A stretch of DNA of 64,000 nucleotides from Planctomycetota bacterium. GTDB taxonomy: Bacteria; Planctomycetota; UBA8742; UBA2392. The notes beneath the pieces were generated by a model. That model was given only the letters and a program-made list of their open reading frames with translations. It made no database searches and was not told the origin of the DNA. The stretch is from contig JABARW010000019.1 of NCBI GenBank assembly GCA_019186845.1, positions 1,790 through 65,789 of the forward strand, written 5' to 3'. The position numbers and the translations under genes were made by a program. Positions 21,653 through 32,029 of this stretch are shown piece by piece; the first letter of the stretch is position 1; each line of letters begins with the position of its first letter.

Positions 21653-23074
21653 TCAGCGCGTGAGTTCCTCGATCAGGGCGAGCTGGAGCAGCTCATCGTC
21701 GAACATTTCGCGGTGGCGGCAACTGGTCAGGTGTACGGAGGTCATGGCGTTGCGCAGGGCCTCGCCCGCGGCCATGGCCCCGGGCGCGCTGCCCGGCAGA
21801 AACTGGCCAAGGGCCGAGCGCCGGGTGACTACGCCGTCACCCATGCCCAGCATGGCCTGTACGACGGGGTCGCCGGCGCGCCACGTGTAGCGGGGCTCGA
21901 ACACGAAGTCCCACTCGCTGCCGTCTTCAATCAGGGCCACGCGCTGCAGCGTCGGCGTGGTGGCGCCGCACAACGCCGACGTGGGCACCTCGGGCGCGCC
22001 CGCAATGGCCCGCTTGAAGCGCGCGGCGTGACGCAGGCAGAGATCGAGGTGTCGGCGGCGCCTGGCCATTTCGGCGTTGAACAGGGCGTCGCGGTCGCGG
22101 TCGTCGTTGAACTGTGAAAGGATGCGATAGCGCAGTTTTTCGCGCTCGCCCGGGCTGAACACGGAAATGCCCAGCTTCTCCCAGTTGTCGGCATCCCACA
22201 GGTCATAAGAGCGGGGTTGGCCCAAAGCATCCACGAATACGCGCTGGCCCGGGTCGGGCAGAAGTTCGAAGGCGGCGGGCATGGAAAAAATGGTGAGGGG
22301 CGGGTGCCGGCGCGCCAGGGGCGTTGGCGAATAGCCCTCGTGGATGAGCTTGAAGGCGTCGAGTGTGCCCGCGTGGGGCGTGCAGAGCGTGATGAGGCGG
22401 CGCACGTCGGCCTGGCCCTGGCGGGTGGGCGAAAGCGGAGCGCCGACGTCGCGTCCGCTGACGACGTCGGCGCCCCCGTGTCGCAGGTAGTAGCGGGCGA
22501 TCAGGCCGCCGTTGCTGACGCCCAGCAGCGTGAACTTCATGTCCGGCTCGGCGAGGTCGCGGCGGATGGCGGCGACGAACTCGCCCAGCTGCGCCGCAGC
22601 CTCCACATTGCTGCGCCGCCAGTCATAGAAGAACACGAAGAGGTCCTGGCCCTTGTAGAAGCGCTTGCCGTAGGCCGCGCGGTAGCCCAGGGTGGAGGTC
22701 AGGGTGTCGATGATCTCTGCGTAAAAGCGGATCTCGCCCTTGCCTTCGCCCTGGAGCACCTCGGCGAGGTCGAGCACGCGGTAGGCCTCGAGCTGGTCGC
22801 GGTTGTCGCTCAGGCGCGGCCCGGCGATGGGCAGGTCGAGGTCGTCTTCGAGTTCCGACAGCGAGGCGGCGAAGCTGCCCCAGGCGATTTCGCCCGTTTT
22901 GGCATTGTGCAGCCGCGAGCCCAGCGTTCCGGGAATGAGAATGATGGGCTCGCGGCGGCGGTCAAGGCGCTCGGCCGCGAATTCGCGGCGGGGCGTGACG
23001 CGGGTACGCTCGTCGGGGCGCAGGGCGCAACTCGACAACAGCAGCAAAATCGCCAGGCCAGGCAAGATTCTCAT
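21653..23074 (-). CDS. secreted alpha/beta hydrolase, LCAT/PGAP1-like lipase family
   Basis: Signal/lipobox-like N-terminus (LLLLSSCA), PIILIPGTLGSRL, and nucleophile elbow GVSNGG. Confidence 0.75.
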   Translation of the reverse strand: MRILPGLAILLLLSSCALRPDERTRVTPRREFAAERLDRRREPIILIPGTLGSRLHNAKTGEIAWGSFAASLSELEDDLDLPIAGPRLSDNRDQLEAYRVLDLAEVLQGEGKGEIRFYAEIIDTLTSTLGYRAAYGKRFYKGQDLFVFFYDWRRSNVEAAAQLGEFVAAIRRDLAEPDMKFTLLGVSNGGLIARYYLRHGGADVVSGRDVGAPLSPTRQGQADVRRLITLCTPHAGTLDAFKLIHEGYSPTPLARRHPPLTIFSMPAAFELLPDPGQRVFVDALGQPRSYDLWDADNWEKLGISVFSPGEREKLRYRILSQFNDDRDRDALFNAEMARRRRHLDLCLRHAARFKRAIAGAPEVPTSALCGATTPTLQRVALIEDGSEWDFVFEPRYTWRAGDPVVQAMLGMGDGVVTRRSALGQFLPGSAPGAMAAGEALRNAMTSVHLTSCRHREMFDDELLQLALIEELTR

Positions 23075-24132
23075 GGCGCGGCTCCGGGGGCATAGTCCTT
23101 CGCGGCAGCCACCCAGGCCGGAAGGTCGTTGGCCCAGAACCCCCCGGCCTCCAGCGCCCGGGCCAGGTCAGGCCACAGCGGAGCGCACAGGGTGAGTGCC
23201 TCGCGCGTGACGGGGTGTTCAAAGCTCAGCTTGGCCGCGTGCAGGAACTGGCGCTGAAGCCCCAGCTTTTCGCGGGCGTGGCGGTTCTTCTCGCGCGCGC
23301 CGTATTCGTCGTCGCCCACGATGGGGCTCTGCAAGTGGGCCAGGTGGGCGCGGAGCTGGTGGGTGCGGCCTGTCACCAGTTCCAGTTCCACCAGTGAACA
23401 GGGGCCGCGGGTAGCCAGCACTTTGTAGCGCGTAACGGCGCGCTGGCCCTGGCCGACCTGCACCTTGCGCCGGCGGCCCTTGCCGTCTTCGTGGCGCTGA
23501 AGTGGTACATCGATGACCCCCTCGCCGCGCGGCAGCGAGCCGTAGATCAGGGCCAGGTAGAGTTTCTGGATGCGCCGGTGCTTGATCATGTCCGTCAGGG
23601 CCTGGGTGGCGGGCAGGGTCTTGCCGATGAGCACGAGCCCCGAGGTGTCGCGGTCGAGGCGGTGGGCGAGGTTGGGGGCGAAGGTCGGCGAGGGCCGCAC
23701 GAAATCCTTGAGCGAGTCCGCGCCCTGCCTGGGCGCGCTGACAAGATAGCCCGTGACCTGGTCAATGAGGGTGTCGGCGCTTTCGCCGCGGTCGCCGGCG
23801 TGAACCAGCAGGCCGGCGGGCTTGTTCACGCAGAGCAGGTGGGAATCTTCGAACACGATGCGGAAGTCGCGTCGGGTTGAAAGGCCACCCTCGGCGCGCT
23901 TGCGCACGCGGGGCTCCATGTGGCGGTCCGAGGCCGCCTGCTTGAACACAATCACGTCGCCCGGCTTGAGGCGGGCCTCGGGAGCGGCGCGGCCGCCGTT
24001 GAGGGTGATCTGGCGCGTGCGGATGAGTTTGTAGATCGCGCTGAGCGAGACATCTTCCAGCAACTTGCGCAAAAAGCGGTCCAGCCGCTGGTGGGCTTCA
24101 TTTTCCGTGACGCTGAAACTGCGCGTGCTCAT
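23071..24132 (-). CDS. RluA-family pseudouridine synthase (RluD/RluC-like, S4 domain N-terminus)
   Basis: Start MSTRSF. HRLDRDTSGLVL catalytic Asp motif. The stop overlaps the downstream hydrolase ATG (ATGA). Confidence 0.9.
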   Translation of the reverse strand: MSTRSFSVTENEAHQRLDRFLRKLLEDVSLSAIYKLIRTRQITLNGGRAAPEARLKPGDVIVFKQAASDRHMEPRVRKRAEGGLSTRRDFRIVFEDSHLLCVNKPAGLLVHAGDRGESADTLIDQVTGYLVSAPRQGADSLKDFVRPSPTFAPNLAHRLDRDTSGLVLIGKTLPATQALTDMIKHRRIQKLYLALIYGSLPRGEGVIDVPLQRHEDGKGRRRKVQVGQGQRAVTRYKVLATRGPCSLVELELVTGRTHQLRAHLAHLQSPIVGDDEYGAREKNRHAREKLGLQRQFLHAAKLSFEHPVTREALTLCAPLWPDLARALEAGGFWANDLPAWVAAAKDYAPGAAP

Positions 24133-24152
24133 GAGCGCATGATGGTACGCGG

Positions 24153-25895
24153 CTACTTCTTTGCAAGCTCGACGCTCTGCTCGTGGGCCGTCTTCGCCGG
24201 TACGTTGAGCGCCGCGCGCCACTCGCTGCCGTCGGCGCGCTGCACGCGGATTTCGTAGGAGCCCGGCGCCACGTCCGGCAGGCGGGCCTCGCCGAACTCG
24301 TCGCTGGAGGCCTCGTAGGCCACGCGCCCCTCGAACAGCAGCATCACGGGCTCGCGCGGCAGCCGCCGCTCGCCCTGCTTGAGCGCCAGCCTCAATTCAC
24401 ACAGCGGCAGCAGCGAAACCTCAATGTTGGCGCGGCGCTCGCCCGAGCCCAGGGCCGCCATCGGCAGCACCAGGGGCGCGTAGCCGGGCGCGGAGAACCT
24501 CAGGCTCAGGCTGCCCGCCGGCATATTGACCAGCCGGGAGCCTCCGGCCTCGTGCCAGGGAAAGACGGAATCGGCCCGCACGCGGTCAAAGGGGCTGGCC
24601 TTCTCCGTCGTCGGCACGACCCGCACGTCATAGCGCTCCACGGGGCGTCCGGTCTCGGCGTCTTTCACGTTGCCGCCAAGACTGTTCTCCAGGTTCAGCG
24701 TCAGGGTGTAGTCCGCCTGGTTGATGCGCACGCCCGCCGCTTCGGCCGTGGCGCCGCCCAGGGCGGTGGCAAGGACATAGTCGGCGTCGAACAGGTTGAC
24801 GAGGCCAAAGCGGCCCTGCGGGTCCGTCACGCAGCGCCACTGCGCCCCCGCCGAGCGCCGGTTGAGCTCGCCTCGCGCGCCCTCGCGCACGTTGCGGGGG
24901 CCTTCCAGCGCCGCGCCTTCGGGGCGGATCTCGCGGCCTTCGGGCGTCTTGATGGCCGTCACCGCCCGGAGCGAGACCACCGCGCCCTCGATGGGCCGTC
25001 CCTCCTGGTCGAGCAGTCGACCGCGCACGTAATTCAAGCGCTGCAAAATCACGTCCTGCCAGCGGCTGACGCCGTCACTGACGTCCACGTCCACCTTTGC
25101 CTGCGCCGCGCCGAAATAGCACTGTTCCACCGTCAGGCCATACAGGCCCGGAGGCAGGTCGCGCACGCTGAACATGCCGCGCTCGTTGGCCTGCACCGTG
25201 CGCACCACGGGCCGGTGTTCCATGTTGGATGGCGAAGCCGGGTCTGCGGGGGCCCTGAGCATGCCGTGGGAGCGAAGGGTGACCTGGGCAAAGGGGGCGT
25301 TGGCGCCGTCGGGGTCCGTGACACGGCCCTCAATGGCCACACTGCGTTCGAGCTTGAGTTCGTCCATCTCGACCTGGGGCGAGAGTTCAAAGGCCTTGGC
25401 CTCGGTGGCACCCACGCGGCCGTCAGGGGACATGGCGAACACGCGGCCGCCCGTGGCGCCGCTTGCCCCGCGCGAGGATTCGGCGCGCTCCCACACCAGC
25501 ATGGAGTAGCGGCCCGAGGGGTCTGTGTAGCCGCTGCCGGCCAGCTTTGAAAGCTCGCCGCTGCCGGCGAATTCAACGCGAATGTCGGCCAGGATGCCGC
25601 CGGCGGGGTCGGACACGCGGCCGCTGACCAGCATGCGGCGCAGCGGCTTGGCGGCATCGAGCTGAATTTCCTGCGCGGGTTTGCGGGTCACGACAGGGTC
25701 CGGCCTGGCCGCCTCGTCGGTGTTCCGGGGCAAGTTGACGCGCGGGGCCTCGGGCGTGGCGGGGGTGTTGGCGCGGCCGCTGTCCGTCACGACGCCCGGC
25801 CGGGCCGGGGCAAAGAGCCAGAGATAGGCCCCCGCCGACAGCGCCACCACCAGCAACAGGAGCACCATGGCAAAGACTTTGGGCATATCCTTCAT
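24153..25895 (-). CDS. membrane-anchored protein with repeated carboxypeptidase-regulatory-like (CarboxypepD_reg) beta-sandwich domains
   Basis: Start MKDMPKVFAMVLLLLVVAL (TM/signal). Recurrent G-R-V/L-x-D-x-x-G-x-P-I/L segments (VSGRVSDPAGGILADIRV, IEGRVTDPDGANAPFAQV, VRGRLLDQEGRPIEGAVV). Confidence 0.7.
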   Translation of the reverse strand: MKDMPKVFAMVLLLLVVALSAGAYLWLFAPARPGVVTDSGRANTPATPEAPRVNLPRNTDEAARPDPVVTRKPAQEIQLDAAKPLRRMLVSGRVSDPAGGILADIRVEFAGSGELSKLAGSGYTDPSGRYSMLVWERAESSRGASGATGGRVFAMSPDGRVGATEAKAFELSPQVEMDELKLERSVAIEGRVTDPDGANAPFAQVTLRSHGMLRAPADPASPSNMEHRPVVRTVQANERGMFSVRDLPPGLYGLTVEQCYFGAAQAKVDVDVSDGVSRWQDVILQRLNYVRGRLLDQEGRPIEGAVVSLRAVTAIKTPEGREIRPEGAALEGPRNVREGARGELNRRSAGAQWRCVTDPQGRFGLVNLFDADYVLATALGGATAEAAGVRINQADYTLTLNLENSLGGNVKDAETGRPVERYDVRVVPTTEKASPFDRVRADSVFPWHEAGGSRLVNMPAGSLSLRFSAPGYAPLVLPMAALGSGERRANIEVSLLPLCELRLALKQGERRLPREPVMLLFEGRVAYEASSDEFGEARLPDVAPGSYEIRVQRADGSEWRAALNVPAKTAHEQSVELAKK

Positions 25896-25972
25896 GGGCG
25901 GCACCTCCGGACCTCGGCCCTGATTGTAGAACGCAAAAGGCGCGCGCGCAGTCGCCGCCAAAAGCGCGGCAG

Positions 25973-26833
25973 TCACATGCGGCGCTCGGCCGCTACCTGC
26001 TGGACCTTGCGCAGTTTGGTCTTCTCGTTGGCGCGCGGGGGCGGAATCAGGCGCGCAATGCGGGTGCGGCTGTCGGCCTCTCTTGCCATGGTCTGCATGA
26101 CTGCTTCCAGTTCGCGGCGCGCCGTGGCGATTTCGCGCGCGGAGGCGCCTTCGTCCACGAAGAGGGGGGCGCCCAGGGTCAGGTGCATGCGCGCGCCGCG
26201 CAGCGGAATCAGCAGTTGGTCCCAGGACTTGCGGAACTGCAGCGCGCGGCTGGATGACCAGATGACCGGCACAATGGGCCGGCCCGAGAGCTTGGCGGCC
26301 ATGATGCAGCCCGGCTTGAGCTGGTAGCGCGGTCCCTTGGGCCCGTCGCCCGTGACAAAAAGGGAAAGACCGCCCTTGAGGGCGTCCACGGCCTGCCTCA
26401 GGCCTGCCACGGCATTGTGGCTCGAGGAGCCCCGCACGTTCTCGCCCTGGCAGTCGCGGATGGCGCGGGCGATGAGTTCGCCGTCAAAGCTCTCGCTGAC
26501 CAGCGGGCCGAGGCGCTGGTCGCGCTGCACGCGGGTGTGGTAGCGCTCAAAGTAGCTCACCGCGCCGATCAGCCGGTTGTGCCACACCGCGAAGATGTAG
26601 TTGGACTCCTGGCGGCGCAGACGCCGGTCCACGCCGTGGGGGTCGTCAATTTCCCAGTGCAGCGAGTCGGAAACGAAGCGCGAAAACACGCGAAACGCCG
26701 CCGAAGCCAGGGCAATCAGCACGCGCTGCTTGAGGCTGAAGGCAAGCCGACGGTTGCCTCCCGTCAGCCGCCACTGGTCATAGGCCTGCCAGGCGGCACT
26801 TTCACTCAGGGGCTGGGAGGGCGCGGCGCTCAT
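25973..26833 (-). CDS. lysophospholipid acyltransferase-like protein (DUF374 family)
   Basis: IFAVWHNRL and FVTGDGPKGPRYQLKPGCIMAAKLSGRPIVPV patterns, characteristic of DUF374 as I recall it. Confidence 0.7.
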   Translation of the reverse strand: MSAAPSQPLSESAAWQAYDQWRLTGGNRRLAFSLKQRVLIALASAAFRVFSRFVSDSLHWEIDDPHGVDRRLRRQESNYIFAVWHNRLIGAVSYFERYHTRVQRDQRLGPLVSESFDGELIARAIRDCQGENVRGSSSHNAVAGLRQAVDALKGGLSLFVTGDGPKGPRYQLKPGCIMAAKLSGRPIVPVIWSSSRALQFRKSWDQLLIPLRGARMHLTLGAPLFVDEGASAREIATARRELEAVMQTMAREADSRTRIARLIPPPRANEKTKLRKVQQVAAERRM

Positions 26834-26836
26834 GGC

Positions 26837-29800
26837 TTACTCGTTGTGCAGCGCTTCCACGGGGTCTTTGCGCGCCGCCGCCAGAGCCGGCAGGATGCCG
26901 CAGGCGAAGCTCCAGAGCACGGCCGGCACCGCGATGTTGATGGCCAGCAGGGCGAGGTCGGCGCCCTTGACACTGGGGATGTAGGTCAGGAAGTAGACGT
27001 CCGGCGGGAACAGGCGGATGCCCGTCATGCGGTCGATGAAGTCCTCGATCTCGTTGAGGTACTGTGAAATGAGCACCCCCGCTCCGCTGCCCAGAGCCGC
27101 GCCGAACAGGCCGATGAACAGGGCATTGAACATGAACACACTGCGGATGCCCCAGGGCGAGTGTCCCAGGGCCTTGAGAATGCCGATGTCCTTGACCTTT
27201 TCGCTGACGAGCTGGTAGACGACGATGACAATCAGCGCGCCCGCCAGCACCAGGATGAAGCCGATGATCAGCGAGAGAATCATCTTTTCGCGGTTGACGG
27301 CCTCAAGCAGGGAGCGCTTTTCGTCCTCCCAGACGCCGGGGGCTGTGGCCGGAAGCACGCCGCCCGCGCGCAGGGCGTCTCCGACGTCCTGCTTGAGGCG
27401 CAGGTTGTTGATCTCTCCCTCGTAAGGCGTGTAATCGCGGAACTTCGCGCCCACGATGTAGCGTACGTCCGAGTCAGCCATGAGCTTGGCCAGTTCGTCG
27501 AAGTCGCAGTAAAGGCGACTGAGGTTTTCCTCGTAGAGCCCGCTGCGGAAGAACCCCGTAACACGGAACTTGGCCTCGACGGCTCGGGGCACCAGGCGGC
27601 CGTCCTCGTCGCGGTAGATGCGCGGAATGGTCAGGGCGACGGTGTCGCCCACCATGATGCCGCCCATCCAGGGGCTTTCGGCCAGAGCCTCGCCGAGGAT
27701 GATGCCGGGCAGGTCGCCGGGGCTGGGTCGCTGACCGGGTTTGGCGGCGCGCCTGGCGTAGTCTTCGATGCTCTCGCGGTCGCCCATGGATGCGCGCAGG
27801 GGCAGGACCTTCTCGTAGGCCTCCTGGCGCTTGCGCACCAGCGCCATGCGGCGGTCGAGCTGCTCCACGGCATAAGCCAGGGGCAGGGGCCTTGCGGGAA
27901 ACAGGCCGGATTCCTCGGCAAATGGCAGTTCGCTGCGGGCGTGTTCCTCATCGAGCGTGAAGGCATCGCGCAGCTCGTCGGCTGAGACATAGCCCTCGGC
28001 GCGGCCCCGGGCGATGGCGTCCTTGACGATCTTCACGTAGGTCAGCACCAGCTCCAGCAGGGCCTGCTCGCGCTCGCTTTCACTGATGTCCAGGCTGACG
28101 ATTTTCTGGCGCCGCGCTTCTGTGGCTTCGCGCATGGCCTCCCACACCTTGAGGAACCACGCCTTTTCTTCGGGCGGCACGATGTCCTCGTTGCGCGCCA
28201 TGGTAGCCAGGCGGTCCACGTAGCGGCTGACGAGGTCCAGCATGCGGCGGTGCGACTGGTGGACTCCCGTCAGGTAGTGCTCAAGCAGGATGCGGCAGCC
28301 CATGCGCGCCATGGCCTCTTCATCGGTGGCGCCGGCGGGGCGCGCCAGTTCGGCGTCGAGCAGCGCGCGCAGAGCGCGATGGGTGTCCGCGGCAATGGCC
28401 TTGAGTTCTTCGAGGTCCTGGGTGCGCAGGGCGCGCTTGTAGGCCTCCTTGGCCACTTCGTAAATCTTTGTCGCCGGCGTGAAGTTGTAGAAACGCACAT
28501 CGTCGAAGTTGTCCCAGGCAATCTTGTCACTTGTGGTCGAAAGCCGGCGCTGGCGCAGGATGCGCCGCATGTCATAGGGCAGTGTGGCCAGGTCGCCGCG
28601 GTCCTGAGCTGCCCCCGTGGGCGTGTAGCGGAAGTCGGACGACGCGGCCAAAGCCTCCTTGCTCGCGGGGGTTTCAAAGCCAATCAGGCCTCCCAGCACC
28701 TGTTGCAGGGGATGCAGGATGAAGCGAACCTTGAAGTACTGCGTTTCGGCAGCGCCCACGTAGCGGCCCAGGTTCGAAATCGTCGTCTCGCGCGAGAGGT
28801 CCACGCCCGTCAGTTCGGCCAGAGGCAGTTCTGTGGTGCGGTTGCGCGGCGTGATCACTGTCTTGACGCTGACACGCCAGCTCACGCCCACGACATCGGG
28901 CTCGCCTTTGGGGTCACGATGCGCCTTGAGCACGGTCTCGGTGCCGTCAAAGGCTTCCTGCATGCGGCGCCTGAACTCAGGGTAGAACCAGCGCTGGCGG
29001 GCCTCCTCGTCAAGCGCGTCGCGGGCCTTCTGCGCGGCCTCGGTCGTGCCCGGAATCTTGCGCACTAGATAGAAACGCGAGGCCATCGTCGGGTCGGGGC
29101 CGTCGCGCAGAAAGCGAAGGTCGCCCGTGGTGATGCCGCGCCCGCTGCGCAGGCGCTCGAGCAAAGCGTCGCCGTCAGCGCCGGCCTCGACGGCCCGGCG
29201 TGAAGCGTTGGCCAGTTCGGTTTCCCAGGCTGCCTTGATTTCCGGCTCGGACTCGATGAGGCGCACATACTCGGCCCATTCCAGGGTCTGGGCCACGGCG
29301 CCGCGCGGGTGAAACTGGTCGGAGTCGAAGCGCACAAGCAGGTGGGACGAGCTGCCGCGGATCTGCTCGCGGAAGTCGGCCTGGAAGCCGCTCATGATGG
29401 AATTTACGACGATGAGCACCATCACGCCCACCGCCACCCCCCCGACCGACAACAGCGAAATCACCCGCCGCCTGAGGTAGCGCAGGCTGATGAACGTGCT
29501 GGCCGCGCTGCCGAAGTAGTGCCAGATAGCGCGCAGCAGGAAATAGTCCACCACCAGAAAGAACTGCACCTTCACGCAGGACACGCCCAGCGACAGGCCC
29601 TGCTGGCCCTGGAACCACAGAAATCCCAGCCCCACGCATGCCAGCACGTTGAGGCCCAGCAGGGCGCCCACGGCCAGCGCGGCATCCCAGATGCGCCGGT
29701 GGTTGCCGCCGCGCGCCATGATCAGGCTCAGCACGCCTGCGATGAAGGCCGTCAGAGGCAGGGCCAGCACGCCCGCGCCGGCCAGGGCCAGTGAGGGCCC

Positions 29801-30001
29801 CAAGCCTTCTTTGCCCCGTAGCAGGCGCCAGCCGATGGCCTGGCCTGCCAGCAGCAGGGGGCCGAGCGCCAGGATGAACATGGAGGCTTCGAAGGTCCCC
29901 GCGCGAGCGACATCGGCCAGGATGTTCTGCACCTGCCAGGCCGCCATGCCCAGGGCCAGGAGCAGAAACAGCAGGAATGTCAGGGCGCGGGCTATGAACA
30001 T
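26837..30001 (-). CDS. large FtsX-family (LolE/MacB-like) ABC transporter permease with a very long extracytoplasmic insert
   Basis: N-terminal TM helices. C-terminal FtsX module (VKDIGILKALGHSPWGIRSVFMFNALFIGLFGAALG..AARKDPVEALHNE). Confidence 0.8.
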   Translation of the reverse strand: MFIARALTFLLFLLLALGMAAWQVQNILADVARAGTFEASMFILALGPLLLAGQAIGWRLLRGKEGLGPSLALAGAGVLALPLTAFIAGVLSLIMARGGNHRRIWDAALAVGALLGLNVLACVGLGFLWFQGQQGLSLGVSCVKVQFFLVVDYFLLRAIWHYFGSAASTFISLRYLRRRVISLLSVGGVAVGVMVLIVVNSIMSGFQADFREQIRGSSSHLLVRFDSDQFHPRGAVAQTLEWAEYVRLIESEPEIKAAWETELANASRRAVEAGADGDALLERLRSGRGITTGDLRFLRDGPDPTMASRFYLVRKIPGTTEAAQKARDALDEEARQRWFYPEFRRRMQEAFDGTETVLKAHRDPKGEPDVVGVSWRVSVKTVITPRNRTTELPLAELTGVDLSRETTISNLGRYVGAAETQYFKVRFILHPLQQVLGGLIGFETPASKEALAASSDFRYTPTGAAQDRGDLATLPYDMRRILRQRRLSTTSDKIAWDNFDDVRFYNFTPATKIYEVAKEAYKRALRTQDLEELKAIAADTHRALRALLDAELARPAGATDEEAMARMGCRILLEHYLTGVHQSHRRMLDLVSRYVDRLATMARNEDIVPPEEKAWFLKVWEAMREATEARRQKIVSLDISESEREQALLELVLTYVKIVKDAIARGRAEGYVSADELRDAFTLDEEHARSELPFAEESGLFPARPLPLAYAVEQLDRRMALVRKRQEAYEKVLPLRASMGDRESIEDYARRAAKPGQRPSPGDLPGIILGEALAESPWMGGIMVGDTVALTIPRIYRDEDGRLVPRAVEAKFRVTGFFRSGLYEENLSRLYCDFDELAKLMADSDVRYIVGAKFRDYTPYEGEINNLRLKQDVGDALRAGGVLPATAPGVWEDEKRSLLEAVNREKMILSLIIGFILVLAGALIVIVVYQLVSEKVKDIGILKALGHSPWGIRSVFMFNALFIGLFGAALGSGAGVLISQYLNEIEDFIDRMTGIRLFPPDVYFLTYIPSVKGADLALLAINIAVPAVLWSFACGILPALAAARKDPVEALHNE

Positions 30002-30023
30002 GGCCTCAATCTATCAGGTCGTT

Positions 30024-30084
30024 GAAAAAGTGGCGTCCTGCCACTTTTTCAATCCGGTCGGGCCGAAGTGAATTCGGCCCGACC
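30024..30084 (-). terminator. two tandem hairpins downstream of lysS
   Basis: GAAAAAGTGGC-GTCCT-GCCACTTTTTC (30024-30050) and GGTCGGGCCGAA-GTGAA-TTCGGCCCGACC (30056-30084). Confidence 0.55.
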
Positions 30085-30164
30085 TCTGTTTCAGGCGGCC
30101 TTTCAGCCGCTTGAAACGGGCAAGCCGTCCATGGCCTGCCCGTTCAACGGCTGGTCGCGTGGTG

Positions 30165-31880
30165 TCAAGGCTGCTTGCGGGTGGCTTGGGCCACCTTGAA
30201 CTCGGCGACGAGGCCTTCCAGCCGGTCGATGATGGGGGCGACCTCGCGGCCCAGCTTGCGCAGCTCGGGCGAGGTGATCTCCTCGACCAGGGTCTCCAGG
30301 GCCAGCTGGGCGCGCTGCGTGGCGCCGCCGCTGCCGTGGCTGTGGTCGCGCTTCATGTGGGGGAACAGAAGCACGTCGCGGATGCTGTGGGTGTTGGTCA
30401 GCAGCATCACGAGGCGGTCAATGCCCACGCCCAGGCCGCCGGCGGGCGGCATGCCGGCCTCCAGGGCCTCGACGTAGTCGTAATCGACTTCCTTGGGGGC
30501 CTCGACGTCTTTGGTCTTCTCGCCCAGCTCGACTTGCTCCCTGAAACGCTTGAGCTGCTCCGTGGGCTCGTTCAACTCGGAGAAGGCGTTGGCGAACTCC
30601 ACGCCATTGATGAACAGCTCAAAGCGCTCGCACAGCTGGGGGTCGTCCTCCCGCGCCTTGGTCAGGGGGCAGATGGCCGTCGGATAATCAATGAGGAACG
30701 TGGGCTGAATGAAGTGCTTCAGCGCCGTGGCCTCCAGCACCTGGTCGGCCAGTTTGTAGTGGTCATCATGAACTTCCAGTCCCAGCTCCCTGGCTCTGGC
30801 CTTCATGCCGGCCATGTCGTGCAGATCCACCTGGGCGTACTCGCGCAGCAAGTCGCTGTATCGACGGCGGGCAAAGGGCTTGCCGAGATCAATCTCCACT
30901 TCGCCCCACTTGAACAGCAGGTTGCCGTCAGGCCTGATGGTCTTAGCGGCGTGACGGATCAGGCCCTCGGTAATCTCCATCATCGAGTGGTAGTCGCCGT
31001 AGGCCTCGTACAGCTCCATCATCGTGAATTCAGGGTTGTGCGTGGGGTCGATGCCCTCGTTGCGGAAGTTGCGGTTGATCTCAAAAACCCTCTCGAACCC
31101 GCCCACCAGCAGACGCTTGAGGTAAAGCTCCGGCGCGATGCGCAGGTACATGTTCATGTGCAGCGCGTTGTGGTGCGTGATGAAGGGCCTGGCCCTGGCG
31201 CCGCCGGGAATGGGGTGCAGCATGGGCGTCTCGACTTCGAGGTAGCCCTTGCGTCCCAGATACTCGCGGATAGCCGCCAGCACGAGCGAGCGCTGCTCAA
31301 AGCGCCGACGCACGTCGCTGTGCACCATGAGGTCAAGGTAACGCTTGCGGTAGCGCAGCTCCGTATCGGTGAAGGCGTCGGCGCTGTGCTCCACGCCCTG
31401 TTCATCCTTGTAAACGCGAGGCAGCGGCGGCACCGCCAGGGACTTCGTGAGGAACTTCAACTCCGCGGCGAACAAAGTGACTTCACCCGTGCGGGTCCGC
31501 TGCACGTCGCCCTGGACCCAGATGAAGTCTCCCAGGTCGATCTGCTCATAGACTGCCATGGCCTGCTCGCCCAGGCTCTTGGCGTTGAGGTAAACCTGGA
31601 TCTTGCCGGACTCATCAAACAGGTCCAGAAACACCGCCTTGCCCATCTTGCGATTGGCCAGTACGCGGCCGGCCACGGCCCTGCCGCCGATCTTTGGCCC
31701 GTCCTGCTTGCCCTCGACTTTCTCAGACGCGGCTTCGAGCTGCTCGAACTCGGCCTTCAACGGGGCGATGTTCTGGCGTGCGGGGGTGCGCACGGCGTAG
31801 GGGTTGACACCCATTTTGGCCAGGGCATCGCGCTTGGCCATGCGCTGGGCGCGATACTGATCGACGGTCTCTTCCGGCAT
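30165..31880 (-). CDS. lysS: lysine--tRNA ligase (class II) with a C-terminal extension
   Basis: Start [27 protein letters not shown] and [13 protein letters not shown] class II motifs. About 57 extra residues after the usual LFPHM end. Confidence 0.95.
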   Translation of the reverse strand: MPEETVDQYRAQRMAKRDALAKMGVNPYAVRTPARQNIAPLKAEFEQLEAASEKVEGKQDGPKIGGRAVAGRVLANRKMGKAVFLDLFDESGKIQVYLNAKSLGEQAMAVYEQIDLGDFIWVQGDVQRTRTGEVTLFAAELKFLTKSLAVPPLPRVYKDEQGVEHSADAFTDTELRYRKRYLDLMVHSDVRRRFEQRSLVLAAIREYLGRKGYLEVETPMLHPIPGGARARPFITHHNALHMNMYLRIAPELYLKRLLVGGFERVFEINRNFRNEGIDPTHNPEFTMMELYEAYGDYHSMMEITEGLIRHAAKTIRPDGNLLFKWGEVEIDLGKPFARRRYSDLLREYAQVDLHDMAGMKARARELGLEVHDDHYKLADQVLEATALKHFIQPTFLIDYPTAICPLTKAREDDPQLCERFELFINGVEFANAFSELNEPTEQLKRFREQVELGEKTKDVEAPKEVDYDYVEALEAGMPPAGGLGVGIDRLVMLLTNTHSIRDVLLFPHMKRDHSHGSGGATQRAQLALETLVEEITSPELRKLGREVAPIIDRLEGLVAEFKVAQATRKQP

Positions 31881-32029
31881 GCAGGCTCCAGTAACGGCGG
31901 GGGCGCAGCATGCCGCGCCCCACAAGGCCCGGCATCCTATCCACATCAGCCCCATCCGGAAGGGCGGGGTACGAAAGTGGAAGCGGGGCAGTTATGGCCG
32001 GGCTGCGTGTCGTGCGTTAGATTGCCGGC

